Below, piece by piece: positions 36,307-48,100 of a stretch of 64,000 bases of DNA. The translations under genes were made by a program, and so were the position numbers. The notes beneath the pieces were generated by a model. That model saw only the letters and a program-made list of their open reading frames with translations. It did not search any database and was not told the origin of the DNA. The stretch covers positions 1,690-65,689 of IMG/VR virus record IMGVR_UViG_3300042197_002404; one strand, 5' to 3'. The first letter of the stretch is position 1, and each line of letters starts with the position of its first letter. The DNA is from a virus (Duplodnaviria > Caudoviricetes).

Positions 36307-36951
36307 TTATACTCTGTTGTTTTGTTTTTGATAACGTTGTCCTCCATTCTTGGAATCCTTTTTAGCACAAGCATCAGTTACACCTTGAATAATAGAACCA
36401 TAAATTTTCAATCTACTGTTTGAAATCACTTCCCCAAGACCAGATGTTGCCAACTTATAGTTGTTCTTAGCATTCATCAAAAGTTTTTTTGAGTCTGTCT
36501 CAATATTTTCGGTTGCTTTGATTCTTACATTTCCTTTACTTCCACCTTCACCTACAGCAATAATTTCAATATCAGTTGCCTGTAATCTTATTTTACCATT
36601 TGTTGCAATAATGTCAATATTACCATTCTTTGCATTAATCATACAAGTGTCTTGTGCTTCTTCATTATCACTTCCACACTCAAGTTGAAAGTTCCCAGGT
36701 GATAATGAAGTTGTCCATCCTTTTCTTGCACCATCTTTATCTAAGAAGAAAGCGTGTCTAGCATCAGATGCCTCCAGCTTTACTGCAGCAGTTACGTCTG
36801 CAGGTTGATGAATATGACCGAAAGAAATAGATCCGTGATCATTTCCATAACGAATTGCTGTATAATTTTGTTTTGCCGTATCATTAGGATTAGGTGTGCC
36901 AGACCCAGAATCTGCCAACCTATCACCTTTAGTATTCTTAGCTACTGGCAT
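36307..36951 (-). CDS. gp5 C-terminal-like spike protein
   Basis: INAKNGNIDIIATNGKIRLQATDIEI beta-helix-like repeats; downstream of the gp5 N-terminal gene. Confidence 0.55.
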   Translation of the reverse strand: MPVAKNTKGDRLADSGSGTPNPNDTAKQNYTAIRYGNDHGSISFGHIHQPADVTAAVKLEASDARHAFFLDKDGARKGWTTSLSPGNFQLECGSDNEEAQDTCMINAKNGNIDIIATNGKIRLQATDIEIIAVGEGGSKGNVRIKATENIETDSKKLLMNAKNNYKLATSGLGEVISNSRLKIYGSIIQGVTDACAKKDSKNGGQRYQKQNNRV

Positions 36952-36986
36952 CGGAGTTTAATCAATATGTTAACTATTTAACCACA

Positions 36987-39900
36987 TCAAATGATTTGAT
37001 CTGGAGTTCCTGGAATATTAAGTCTAGGATCATTACTACTAATATCAGTACCTTGTCTGAGAATTGCAGATGGAGGAGTAGTGACTGTAGCATCAATACT
37101 TTCTTGAAGTGTATTATAGACCTGAACCAGTTGTCCTGGAGTTTGATAGAATCCAGCATAACGAATTCCATCCTTATAGAATACCGCACCATAGTAAGGA
37201 CGACCATCAACATATCCAGTCTGCTTGAGACCAACCAAATCAGTAACTTGGATGAGGATTTCTGGGTCAACAACAATAGGATCCCTTACAACTTCAAACT
37301 GAGGTCTGAAGACTGCATTTACACCAGTATCTGTAAGAATACTTATCTCTGGAGTTTGTGTGAATCCAAGTCCAGGATTTAATACATTAACCTTTGTTAT
37401 TCTACCAAAAGTATCACACTCATAACTCAGTTCTGCACCATTATTTGGAGAAATCTGTATCTGATCTACTCCACAGTTGTAGTTGATTCCAGGACTTTCA
37501 ACTTCAACAGTTCTTAATCTTAAGGTTGCTGGATATCCATCACCAAAGGGAGCAGGATATCCATTTCCAGGATCATCAACAATAACTCTACAAACAACAC
37601 CCTTACCTGTTACTTTTTTGGGGCAAGGTGGTGGAATCAGAATGGCAGATATTCCGATTGGATTCTGTGCCCAAGATTTACTGATTCCAGTTGAAACATC
37701 AACAGGAACTGTTATCTTTGCAAACCCAACAACAGGATTTTGTTGGAATCCAGTATCTCTTATGCGAATATTTGATAGTTCAAGTTCAACAGTTTTCTTT
37801 CCTCTTGTTGCATTAAAGATAGTTTTGTTTCTGCCTTTAAATACTTCTGCTCTACCTACATCAACTCCATTTACTCTAACAATCAGTTCATCATCTGCTT
37901 CTGTTTCTAACGTATATTGACCATCAACAGGAAAATCTACATTAGACCAACGAAATACCCAACTTCTCCCCTGAATCTCTTCATTTGGATTTGCATTTAC
38001 ATTTTGAAATACTGGAGAAATAAAATCTCCGCTATAGTTTGCGATTGGTGTTGGACCTTCAAAAACGATACCATCTTTGGTTGTTCCAGCAGAAAGACCA
38101 GGATCTTGCTCTGGGTCCACAACGAACTTACAAGTTGCTCTATTTGAACCATTCTTAAAGTCAAAGAATCTTCCTTTTGTTACTGCACAAACAATATCAC
38201 TCCAATCATTATCTTGTGCTTCTTCCATTTCTAAGATTGATCCTTTACTTCTCAATCTGACACCACTCTTACTTTCTGGGGATTTCAACTCAATACTGTA
38301 TACTTTGCCAACTTCAACAGACTTTGTAGTTTTTTCTTTAATCTGAGGTCCTTTATATGTTTTGGAAAAGTTAATATCAAGTTCTGGGATTGATATTGAG
38401 TTTGAAAAATCTGCAAATGAAGATACATTAAATGTTACATCAACAGAACTTGGACCACGTTTAGTTGGTGCTTTCCAATCAGATGTACTGAATATTTTTT
38501 TATCTATCTTTGTAAAAGTTTCCGTTATTCCATTTTCAACCTCAATCTGTATTGTATGCCTTCCCTTAGAGAGAAAGACTTTTTTAGATTTGGGATTGTT
38601 TTCTCTCCAGTTGAATATGATTCCACCATCTATATCAGAAATGCCGCTTCTACGCTCAGCACCACTTCCACCTCTAGTATTTCTTAGATCTACTGGAATG
38701 TAGTTTGCTTGCATAATCGGTTGATTATCAACAAGTATCCTACCAGCATTATCAACAGTTGATTTAAATGCATAGAATCCATCATAAGGAATATCAACTT
38801 CCCACTCATTTCTATAAACTATTCCACCCCCATCAGAACCAGGTTTAGACAAAGGAGGTATTGGAGATATCGCATACCTATTCATAAACCTGCTCCAAGA
38901 TGCCGCATTTGGATCAGGATTTGTGAAATTAACGGGCCACCACTTCTGTTTTCCTGTAGGAAATCTAGTCGTCCAGATAGGATTATTTGGACATCTACCC
39001 TCTTGAGGAGGGATAGGTTCTTGAGGAATGGGTGGAAGAGGTGCATCAATAGTTAATGCAGCACCCATCGGATTTTCATTCCAAGATTTCTTAGAAATAA
39101 CCTCATCTTCAACAAAAGAAGTTTCAATATTAATAGCAAGAGCCATAGGATTACCTTGGCTAAGAGGTCTTCCTTTGATTTGCTCTAACTCAGCACGAAT
39201 TCTATATCTTCCTGCTTTAAAAAACTTAGTTTCTAAACTCTTACCCGTGCTTCTTCCAGGAGAACTAAATCCCTCTTTTCTAATGATAACCTCATCTCCA
39301 CCCTGATCAATAGATCTCAATCCATTACCAATTTCTACTCTACCACCACCATCTCTATTTCCAATATAAAGTGTTACATCATCATCAACCATTATTTCAA
39401 TATTGTAGTTTCCATCAACGGGAAAATCAACATATTCCCAGCGTATTACGTGAGTTCCAGAAAAACTTTCAGATTGAGCCTGATTTGAGTTTGGATCGAA
39501 TGGAAGAATACCGTATTGATTAATGAATCCAGAGTCTCTTCCTGCTCTTGGATCCAATCTCCAAAGTTTTCTATCTGCCTTATCAATATAATCAACAGTA
39601 TTAAAAACTCTTCTTACTTTAGTATCTAAATCCGTCTGCGTAGATGATTGTGATTTTTGAGCGGGGGGAGGTGCAACTTGTACTGCATTTGGAAGAGAAT
39701 CAACTAAAGAGATGGTAATATCAACACTATCATCAACGCAAACAGAGATTTGATAATCACCATCTTCATTTAGTTGAACATTATTCCATTCAATATTTGT
39801 TATGCTATTATTTTTAACATTTTCTGGGAAAACCCCACTCCTTTTTAAGAAATCTTTGCTTTCCTGAGAATTCTTGGTAAACTCTTTTAAATCAATCCCA

Positions 39901-41759
39901 CCTAATGTGACTGGAGTTAATTTAATATTTGCTCCATTAATACTTTGAAGACTATTGAAAACTACCCGCCCATTTGCTTTATTTTTTATTTCAATCGCAA
40001 GTCCTGTTGGACCAACATCTTGTTTATATTCAGCGTATATTTTGTAAATACCCGCTTTAAAGTTATAAGGGAGGTTTCTAACTCCATCATACGATGTTTT
40101 AATTTTAAAGGGTTGTTGTGTCGGGTCTGGGGCTGGAGGTTTAACTGGTTGCTGTACGATAATCTTTTCTTTGATTGGTTTATTATAAAGATCAACTCTG
40201 ATTCTGTGAGGGCCTGCCTTAATAGTTTTCTTTAACGTTGCGGGAGTTCTATCTTTTCTAAACTCAACACTTTCAAATAGTTTTTCATTATCAAGATAAA
40301 ATCTACCAAGATTATCTGCCATTCCACGGAAAGTATATTCCCCATCAAAAGGAAAATCTTCTTCCCATTCCATAGTAAACTCTTGTCCAGCAAAGTCACT
40401 CCCAGGAACATTTGATGGAGGAACAGGAGAGACTGCATATTTGTTCATAAAACTTTCATCAACCGTTCGTGAAGTTGATGATACATCAAAAGCAGAGCTA
40501 TCTCTAAACTCATACTTTACATTATAAGTGCTTCTACTACCATCACCTAACCCTATTCTGATTGCGGAGAATTCTCCAAAGTTAGATTCTAACTGAAGAT
40601 CATCATTATCATTAGAACTTTCCAGAAAATCAGCAAAAACTACTTTTCCTCTAACTGGTTTAGTTGAACTTCTTGTATTAACTTCACTAGCATTCTTTTC
40701 AAGATCACCTGCTAAACCAATTTCAGTTCCTTTTCCTCTAAAAGATCCCTGAGATGAAACGTTATAAATCGTATTGACTTTTAAAGGTACTGTTACTTTT
40801 TGTCCTCTTTCGTTTCCTTTATAATCATCTGCCTTAATACTAAAAGTATGAGATCCATCTTCGGACTTAAACTTAATCGCAAGACCTTTTCCCTTTCCAC
40901 CAGAAGTAAAAACAGTAAATGTTACGTCTCTGAATCTAGTGGCAGAAGATTCAGAACTTCCATATTCACCACCCCATCCTGGATGTTGAACATCGTGCTT
41001 AATTCTATTTTCTGGTCTGGATTGAGATATAACTTTAAGTGGATTTTCTTTTCTAGTAGTCCACCACGGAGTCTGTAATCTTTTTAAGAAGTCTTGATAA
41101 TCTCTAATCTCTCTAGAGATTGGATCTTGACTTAGAGTTGCATAAAGTTTTGGATCCCATTTACCTATAGGTCTTCCTTCAGAGTCATATCGGATTCCAT
41201 AATCTTCATCATCAACAGGATCACAAATTTGATAATCTTCAAAGTCACTCTCCTGATCAAATACTTCTTCAGTATCAACATACTTACAATCGGGATAATC
41301 AGGATCTCCAACGAGAACAGCACGAGTGACTGCACCTACACCCAACCCAGTTTCGTCTCTAACTTCAACCAAAGGTGGATATTGATACCCAAATCCTCCA
41401 GAGATTAAATCAACTGCCAATAATGATCCATCTCTACCAAATACCGGATTTCCCGATGCACCGACACCCCCACCACCACTAAAGATTGATTCTGGATAAC
41501 CTGGTTGAGACTCAACCTGAACACCTGTACAAGTATCTGCAGATGATGCTAGATCATTAGGAGTTAAATTATTGACTTCATTAATATTTAAATATCTAAT
41601 CTCATCTCTAGTCTCAAAGATAAAAGTCGTACCTGGGTTCAACTTTGCGTAATCATTCGCTTCACAAATACTAACCCCTGTCACATATCCTAGAACAGGG
41701 TCAACGTAACCAACAGTAATATCAGATCTTCTTGGGTAATCAAAAATATTAAATGACAT
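36987..41759 (-). CDS. Large baseplate-associated protein with several PA14-like domains
   Basis: Repeated W..VDFP.DG.Y......DD units and GPHRIRVDLYN/GRHTIQIEVEN; GGFGY/PGNGY/PGINY repeats. Confidence 0.65.
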   Translation of the reverse strand: MSFNIFDYPRRSDITVGYVDPVLGYVTGVSICEANDYAKLNPGTTFIFETRDEIRYLNINEVNNLTPNDLASSADTCTGVQVESQPGYPESIFSGGGGVGASGNPVFGRDGSLLAVDLISGGFGYQYPPLVEVRDETGLGVGAVTRAVLVGDPDYPDCKYVDTEEVFDQESDFEDYQICDPVDDEDYGIRYDSEGRPIGKWDPKLYATLSQDPISREIRDYQDFLKRLQTPWWTTRKENPLKVISQSRPENRIKHDVQHPGWGGEYGSSESSATRFRDVTFTVFTSGGKGKGLAIKFKSEDGSHTFSIKADDYKGNERGQKVTVPLKVNTIYNVSSQGSFRGKGTEIGLAGDLEKNASEVNTRSSTKPVRGKVVFADFLESSNDNDDLQLESNFGEFSAIRIGLGDGSRSTYNVKYEFRDSSAFDVSSTSRTVDESFMNKYAVSPVPPSNVPGSDFAGQEFTMEWEEDFPFDGEYTFRGMADNLGRFYLDNEKLFESVEFRKDRTPATLKKTIKAGPHRIRVDLYNKPIKEKIIVQQPVKPPAPDPTQQPFKIKTSYDGVRNLPYNFKAGIYKIYAEYKQDVGPTGLAIEIKNKANGRVVFNSLQSINGANIKLTPVTLGGIDLKEFTKNSQESKDFLKRSGVFPENVKNNSITNIEWNNVQLNEDGDYQISVCVDDSVDITISLVDSLPNAVQVAPPPAQKSQSSTQTDLDTKVRRVFNTVDYIDKADRKLWRLDPRAGRDSGFINQYGILPFDPNSNQAQSESFSGTHVIRWEYVDFPVDGNYNIEIMVDDDVTLYIGNRDGGGRVEIGNGLRSIDQGGDEVIIRKEGFSSPGRSTGKSLETKFFKAGRYRIRAELEQIKGRPLSQGNPMALAINIETSFVEDEVISKKSWNENPMGAALTIDAPLPPIPQEPIPPQEGRCPNNPIWTTRFPTGKQKWWPVNFTNPDPNAASWSRFMNRYAISPIPPLSKPGSDGGGIVYRNEWEVDIPYDGFYAFKSTVDNAGRILVDNQPIMQANYIPVDLRNTRGGSGAERRSGISDIDGGIIFNWRENNPKSKKVFLSKGRHTIQIEVENGITETFTKIDKKIFSTSDWKAPTKRGPSSVDVTFNVSSFADFSNSISIPELDINFSKTYKGPQIKEKTTKSVEVGKVYSIELKSPESKSGVRLRSKGSILEMEEAQDNDWSDIVCAVTKGRFFDFKNGSNRATCKFVVDPEQDPGLSAGTTKDGIVFEGPTPIANYSGDFISPVFQNVNANPNEEIQGRSWVFRWSNVDFPVDGQYTLETEADDELIVRVNGVDVGRAEVFKGRNKTIFNATRGKKTVELELSNIRIRDTGFQQNPVVGFAKITVPVDVSTGISKSWAQNPIGISAILIPPPCPKKVTGKGVVCRVIVDDPGNGYPAPFGDGYPATLRLRTVEVESPGINYNCGVDQIQISPNNGAELSYECDTFGRITKVNVLNPGLGFTQTPEISILTDTGVNAVFRPQFEVVRDPIVVDPEILIQVTDLVGLKQTGYVDGRPYYGAVFYKDGIRYAGFYQTPGQLVQVYNTLQESIDATVTTPPSAILRQGTDISSNDPRLNIPGTPDQII

Positions 41760-41802
41760 GCTATTCTATTATTCTACTCTTGCTTGCCATAATCATAGAT
41801 AT

Positions 41803-43593
41803 TTATTGACTAATTGCGGATGCACTTTCTGGAGATGCTGCTTGTCTTGTCTGACCACTCGTTTGACCAACTTTTAGATTGGGAGTATTTTTTGTTGGAC
41901 CAACATATGGAACATCAGGTGAAGCAGCTGCGTCAGATGGTTTTGCTGCAACATCCGAAACACCTTTAGTACTTGGTTGATTTTTAGTTGCTGCTGAGGA
42001 TCCACCTCTTGAAAAAGTATAATAATCGGAGACAGCTACATTTGGTTTAAGTTCGCACCCAAAAATATTCAACTTAAGATTTTCAAAAGAAAGTGCAGAT
42101 GTTAATGCTCCACTAATATTTCCTAAAAGAGATGTAATATCCGATAATGCACCACTTACTCCAGCAAGTTCTCCTTGTATATCATTTATAAATGCGTTCA
42201 AATTATTTACAATAGCATCATTTGCCTGAGTAATCTGATCTTTATTTGCTGAGATTGTTTGTCCAACTAAATCTTCTGCGGCACAAACTGGAACATCAGG
42301 GACTGTTAGATTATCACCAGACCTCGATCTTGCTTGTCTTTCAAGTTCTTGTGGTCTCAAAGCTTTATTTAAAAGATCTTCAATCAAACCACATAATCCA
42401 TTAGTTATTTTATTATAAAGACAGAGAATCAACTCTGTTAAAATTTCTTTTATATCACCAAACATCTGTCTCATACTTGAAGGCATAGCAGAGACGACTT
42501 TTGTAAGTTCTTTATTCAAAAGTTTTAAAACATATTCCATAATCTTATCAAAGATTATTTTCATATATTTTGCGATTATACATGCGGCATCGGAGATTGC
42601 CTTTTGTATGTTTGTTATTGGACCAGATACTGCGTCAATATAACTATTGATTGCTTTTAAATATTTTTCTATTTTCTTTGTTACATTTTCAATTTCAGTT
42701 TGTATTCCTTTAATAGCAGATTCAACTATATTATCTGGTTTGAGAAGAGAAATCTTCTCTTGCATCTTATCTTCTCTTTTTACATCACTAGCACTTTGTT
42801 CATGAACAGCATCTGAGTTTTCTTTAGTTGCACCGGGATATGACTGAGAATCTTTTGAGTTTGCTTGTTGGCAAGTCGTTTTGATGAGATTTGAAACTGC
42901 TTGTTGAGCAGCAGTCTCTTGCTGATCTCTATTCAGTCCTTGATTTCTTGCACTCTCTCTTGCTTGCTGAGCAACCTGAAGTTGTTCTCTGGTTAATGAA
43001 ATATCAGGACGCAATCCAAACCGATTAAGTTTAGTTCCTGGAGGAGGTGATGCACACTGACTGGAAACTAGAGGGTCCTTTGGTTTAGAAGTTACTAGAC
43101 CCTCATCAGGAACTAAAGGTTTCGCAGATCCTTTAGGAGGATCTTTTCCTTCAGCATATCCACTTGTCGCCGCAAAATTAGATTCATTAGTTCCAATCTT
43201 TGTCTTAAGTGCTGTCTGAGCATTATTACCAAGGACTCCCATGATAACAGGAACTTGCATGTCCTGTCCATCTAGAAAAAATCCAAAAACAAAGTTACCT
43301 TGCCTCAGGTTTGCTGTAGCTGCAGCATTCGTTTGACCACCACCCGCTGTGATGGGATACATCACTTGAGCCCATGGGAGTTGATCAGAAGGTATTACTT
43401 CTTCTTCTCTGTCATGAAGACCTACTATTCTTACCTTATATCGTCTACCCCATCCAGGAATAGAGTCTTTATTTTCGTGCTTTCCTGGCAGTATGTTATC
43501 TCTCCAAGTGGAGTCGTCAGCAATCTGACCAACCCACCAGAGAAAACTAGCACCTAAAAAACCAGGATTAAATAAAGACCCGCCGCCTTCCAT
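41803..43593 (-). CDS. gp5-like baseplate hub, N-terminal OB-fold part
   Basis: WWVGQI...RYKVRIVGLH...LPWAQVMYP...VFGFFLDG...PVIMG. Confidence 0.8.
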   Translation of the reverse strand: MEGGGSLFNPGFLGASFLWWVGQIADDSTWRDNILPGKHENKDSIPGWGRRYKVRIVGLHDREEEVIPSDQLPWAQVMYPITAGGGQTNAAATANLRQGNFVFGFFLDGQDMQVPVIMGVLGNNAQTALKTKIGTNESNFAATSGYAEGKDPPKGSAKPLVPDEGLVTSKPKDPLVSSQCASPPPGTKLNRFGLRPDISLTREQLQVAQQARESARNQGLNRDQQETAAQQAVSNLIKTTCQQANSKDSQSYPGATKENSDAVHEQSASDVKREDKMQEKISLLKPDNIVESAIKGIQTEIENVTKKIEKYLKAINSYIDAVSGPITNIQKAISDAACIIAKYMKIIFDKIMEYVLKLLNKELTKVVSAMPSSMRQMFGDIKEILTELILCLYNKITNGLCGLIEDLLNKALRPQELERQARSRSGDNLTVPDVPVCAAEDLVGQTISANKDQITQANDAIVNNLNAFINDIQGELAGVSGALSDITSLLGNISGALTSALSFENLKLNIFGCELKPNVAVSDYYTFSRGGSSAATKNQPSTKGVSDVAAKPSDAAASPDVPYVGPTKNTPNLKVGQTSGQTRQAASPESASAISQ

Positions 43594-43599
43594 CAGTTA

Positions 43600-43818
43600 T
43601 CAATCTTCATAAATTTTACACTCTGCAGCATCTGGATTTTGATCACAATATATCTCAAAAGAAGTTGGATCATGATCTTGATCTGGATGATTTGCTTGAT
43701 ATTTTTCTAAGTTAACTAACTCATCTTCAACGTGCCTTCTCATCTGAGGTGAGAGAGTTGAGTCATCTAAAAGATCTTTGTCATCGTTGATGTGTTGTTG
43801 GATACTTCTTTTGGTCAT
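43600..43818 (-). CDS. cp12: CP12 Calvin-cycle inhibitor
   Basis: C-terminal FEIYCDQNPDAAECKIYED CP12 signature. Confidence 0.85.
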   Translation of the reverse strand: MTKRSIQQHINDDKDLLDDSTLSPQMRRHVEDELVNLEKYQANHPDQDHDPTSFEIYCDQNPDAAECKIYED

Positions 43819-45170
43819 AATGGAATACTACCTGATGTGTGATTTCCTTTTCTTCCAAATGAATCTCTGACCAAGTTTAATTTTGTATAAGTTTCTTTTG
43901 GAGAAATATAATGACATAAATCTGCTATAATATATAGACCTCCACTTTCTTTGTTCACATCATCATTTTTTACATCAGTCTGTAGTTCTGGCACATCAAG
44001 AAAAACAACATCACCTGCGTGCAAAGAAAAATCGCCTGCTATCGTTATGGTGCTTTTTGAGGTATACAGTTGATTATATCTTCGGATTGACTGATTAAGT
44101 ATCTTCTTTGGTTCAAAATTTTCTTGCTTTGACTTATTCAACTGCTCCTGACCTTTTCCAGTTCCACTTCCTGTGGGTAAAGATCCTTTATCAAGTAACA
44201 TATATTGAGTTCTTGAAAACTCTTTGTTATCACCTTGACGATTAAACTCCTTATTTAAAACTGGAAGTTCCTTACCACCAAGTTTTAATGATTGTTCTTT
44301 TTCTTTTGCACTTTCAGTAATCACTTCATAGTAACACGTAAAAGGATCAAAAAGAATAGTACGTGTAGAATATGCTCCCATCTGAAGTTTTTTCTGCACA
44401 TCTACATTATTATCCTTTTCATAATCAAGTGCTTTTACATCATATCCAGCAGGGATATTTTCACCTCTACTGTCAGGAGAATTGTTAAAGATAATTGACT
44501 TTTTCTTTTCTTGAGAGAGTAATCCGTCAATAGACTTAAAGAAGAATCCATCGGAAGTTTCATAGAAAAAATACCCAGCACTATCACCAATCTTTTGGTT
44601 CTGTGCTGAGATTGCTTTCTTTGATAACCAGTTCAAAGCATAGTATGGTTTTCTATTATTCCCTATAAAGTTATAGTTATTTGAAGTTTCTTCAATACTA
44701 ACATTCTTTTCTGTACCCAAGTAGTTTGAATCTGTCAGAATCTTTCTTATGTGGTCCGATATTTTTCCATCAAATCTAGTGTTCAATCTAACTTTCTCAT
44801 TTAGAATGAATTCCTTTGATACTAAGTCAAGTTGAACCATAGACTTTGTTGTATCATCAACCATGGGTGTAACTTTGTTAACATATAATATCATAGATAA
44901 CTCATTATTATTATTATCAGAAAATTTGAGATCAACTTTTTCTTGCCCGACAATAGGAAGACCATCCAAAGCAGTCTTGTTGTTTATAGTATTACCAGCA
45001 TCCACGAAAGTTACAGTTGCTCTGATAGAGTCTTGTAGTATGCTTTCATAGTAAAGCAATCCAATAGTTCCACCAGTAACACTTACTGGCTTTCCAGTTT
45101 TATTTGAAAAAATATCAAGTTTAGATATATTAGATGCTTCAGCAGATTTTGATACTATTTGATTTGCCAT
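43815..45170 (-). CDS. gp27-like baseplate hub protein
   Basis: YYESI...YFFYETSDGFFFKSID...IAGDFSLHAGDV...GGLYIIADLCH...TKLNLVRDS; upstream of gp5. Confidence 0.7.
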   Translation of the reverse strand: MANQIVSKSAEASNISKLDIFSNKTGKPVSVTGGTIGLLYYESILQDSIRATVTFVDAGNTINNKTALDGLPIVGQEKVDLKFSDNNNNELSMILYVNKVTPMVDDTTKSMVQLDLVSKEFILNEKVRLNTRFDGKISDHIRKILTDSNYLGTEKNVSIEETSNNYNFIGNNRKPYYALNWLSKKAISAQNQKIGDSAGYFFYETSDGFFFKSIDGLLSQEKKKSIIFNNSPDSRGENIPAGYDVKALDYEKDNNVDVQKKLQMGAYSTRTILFDPFTCYYEVITESAKEKEQSLKLGGKELPVLNKEFNRQGDNKEFSRTQYMLLDKGSLPTGSGTGKGQEQLNKSKQENFEPKKILNQSIRRYNQLYTSKSTITIAGDFSLHAGDVVFLDVPELQTDVKNDDVNKESGGLYIIADLCHYISPKETYTKLNLVRDSFGRKGNHTSGSIPL

Positions 45171-45193
45171 TTGGTATTACCTCTTATTCTTAT

Positions 45194-48100
45194 TTACCCA
45201 CCAACATACAGACTTTCAAAAGAATCATTTTCACTAAAGATTGGAATAAATCTAGATTCTCCAGCACTTGAACTAGAATAATCCCCCATATCTCCAGAGG
45301 AAACTTCAACAGGAACTTCAATAATCTGAGGTTCTGCGTATGGTAGTTCATAACCAGCATAGGACTGAAGTACTTTAAGAACACCTTCTTTTGTTGAAGC
45401 TTTATTGAGTTGGTATGCAAGCAAAGGATTTATTTGGTCAAGTGCTTTAGAGGTATCTGGATCTAAAACTTTTTCGTCCTTTAGAATTCTTGCTATGGTT
45501 TCCTTACCAGATCTAACCTTACCTCTGTGATAAGCAACGTGAACGTGATTTGAGTGAAGATCTCTTGGACCAGATTCATATTTACCCAGACCTTTGAAAG
45601 CAGGTGATCCATGAATTATTTCTACTGGTTGATATCCATTTCTTTTATTCCACTCCAATAATGCTCTGATAACAGGTGCTTGTTCGTCTCTTCCACCTGA
45701 GCTTGGATGGGCAGGTCCATATCCACCAATATCAAGTGCTCTATTTTGGTTATGATATGAAAAATAATTTCTTTTTTCCTGTTTAGGGTGTCTTGGGTGC
45801 TGGTGAATATCACCAGTTACTCCAATTTTTCCACGATTTGCTTTCATATAGTCACCCAAATCACCCGCAATCTTTACACCACCAGTTCCATATCCAGAAC
45901 CTGTCCCTCCACCAACAAATGATCCTCCAGGTCCAGATCCACCAGTTGTAGCAGTTGCACCAAAATTAGGAACAGAACCTACCTTATTTGCGCGATAGTT
46001 ATTGTACCACCCAAAATAGTTGTCTCCAGATTTTCTTTGTGCTCCCCCAGAAACACTATATCCTCTAAAGTCAGTTCTCCCTTGAATAAATTCCCTTGCA
46101 TTTTTTTGTAGAGTTGGATCTAAAATTGCCGCTGCAACTTTTTTCATCGCACCTTCAGATTGACCAGCAGCTATTCCTGCACTAGCAGCATCTTTAATAG
46201 AATACCATTCTTGATTTGGTTTTCCTGTCACGCCTGGTTTAGGAAACTTCCAAGTTGGTTCATATTGCATTTGTCCAAGAATTAAATCCTTAATAGTCTT
46301 TCCAGTATAAGCACCAGATGCAAGTCTATTATAAATTGATTGTGCAACATCAGCCCATGCTTGAGGATCTCCATCCTCTCTAGAAGCAACTGCTACAAGA
46401 GTCCAAAAATCAACATCCCCTCCCTGAATATTAATCATATCAGGTGACCCTGGCTGCCCAGGTCCAGAAACTCCAGCAGGACCTTTCTTTTCATCTATTT
46501 TCTCTCTAATCAATCTTAAAGTTTTTTGGGCATTACTTTCAATTTCACCTTTAAATGTTCTAGCAACCCAGTTAGTAATATCGCTTCCTTTTTCTGCTGC
46601 TTCTAAAAATTCATCATCAACTAGTCCACCCCCAGCAAAAGCAGCAACCAAACCACCCTTTAGTTGATCTTCTTCAATACCTTTGGAAATCAATAAGTTG
46701 ATTCCAAGACCAACATTCTCATAATCTTTTTGTGTTGGTTCTTGTTTTGCCATAATCTTGGAACTGATTGCCAAGATTGGACCAAAGTACTTGGTCTTGT
46801 CAAGTTGTTCTCCAGTTTCTTTAAGTGTTTTATCTTCGGTTTTGATTTCTATCTTAGATGGTTTTTGTGCTAATGCTCTTTTATACTGACCCTTTTTCTT
46901 TGTTCCACCTATTGTCCTTCTAGCACCTGTCTGACTTCTACCACCTCTTGTAATACCACCACCTGCCATTTTACCCATCATTTGTTTTTGGGAACCTTTA
47001 TTTCCATAGATGTTTCCAAAGGATCCCTTTTCTTTAAATGCAAGTCCAAGAGTGAGCATATTTAATGCTTTCCTCAAGTCTTCACGAATTCTTGCATCAA
47101 ACTTGGCAAGATTATTTGCTTGTTTTATCTTATCTTCTTCACTCAAAAATGGATAACGGAGAAGTTCTATAGCATATCTAAATGGAGCACCAACAACATC
47201 AAGTAAAAATCCAACTGTTTGAAAAAGACCAAACAAAGGTCTTACCATATTCAAAACAACACCTCTTCCAAATCTAGTAAGAGGATTTTTATCGTTCTTT
47301 TGATCGTCCTCAAGTTTTTGTATTGGTTTTACTGCAAACTTTCTAAGTTGAAATGCACCTTCACCCAAAGCAGATGCAAGAAGTCCTGCACCAGCAACGA
47401 TAGCCGCGGCGGCAGCTGCACCCACACCACCTGCTTTTGCAGCAGTTCCTGCCTTTCCAGCGACACTTGTAGCAACTTTTTGTGCTCCTCTTTTCTTAAG
47501 TTGATCGCCAACAATATCTCCAAGACCACCTCCACCATCACCAGATAAAGATTCTAAAAGAAGATCGCCCGCAATAGCAGTTGCCAAAAATAAAGTGGTA
47601 TCAATCGCTCCAACAAACTTATCAAATCCCTGAGCAAAGTTTTCTCCACCTAGACCTTTTATAAATCCACGAGTAGCATCATAGGCTTTGTATCCCCAAT
47701 CAATAAACGTCACCAGTCCGTTTAAAAGTTTTCCACCAACATCTATAATAAAGTCTGCAGCATTTCCCAAGAATTTTACAATAGGCATTATCTTGGGGAG
47801 ATGATCAATCAATCTAACTGCAAAGTAACCAAGAAGTATATTTCCTATAAAGTTTTTTATCCAGTCAAGAATACCCATCCTTGGAGAGGCAGGCATCTTT
47901 ACAGAACCTTTTTCGGCATTTGGTTTAGTTTCTAATTTTTCTTCTTGCTTTTCGCGTCTAGTATTACTTTCCCTTCTCTTCTTTTCATCAAGTGCTTTCT
48001 TTTCTGAGGCAAGAGTTCCTTTGAAAATATTTTCTATTTGAACAAATTTGACCTTTATAATCTCAATATTTTTTATGGATTTTTTAGTAAGAACAATATT

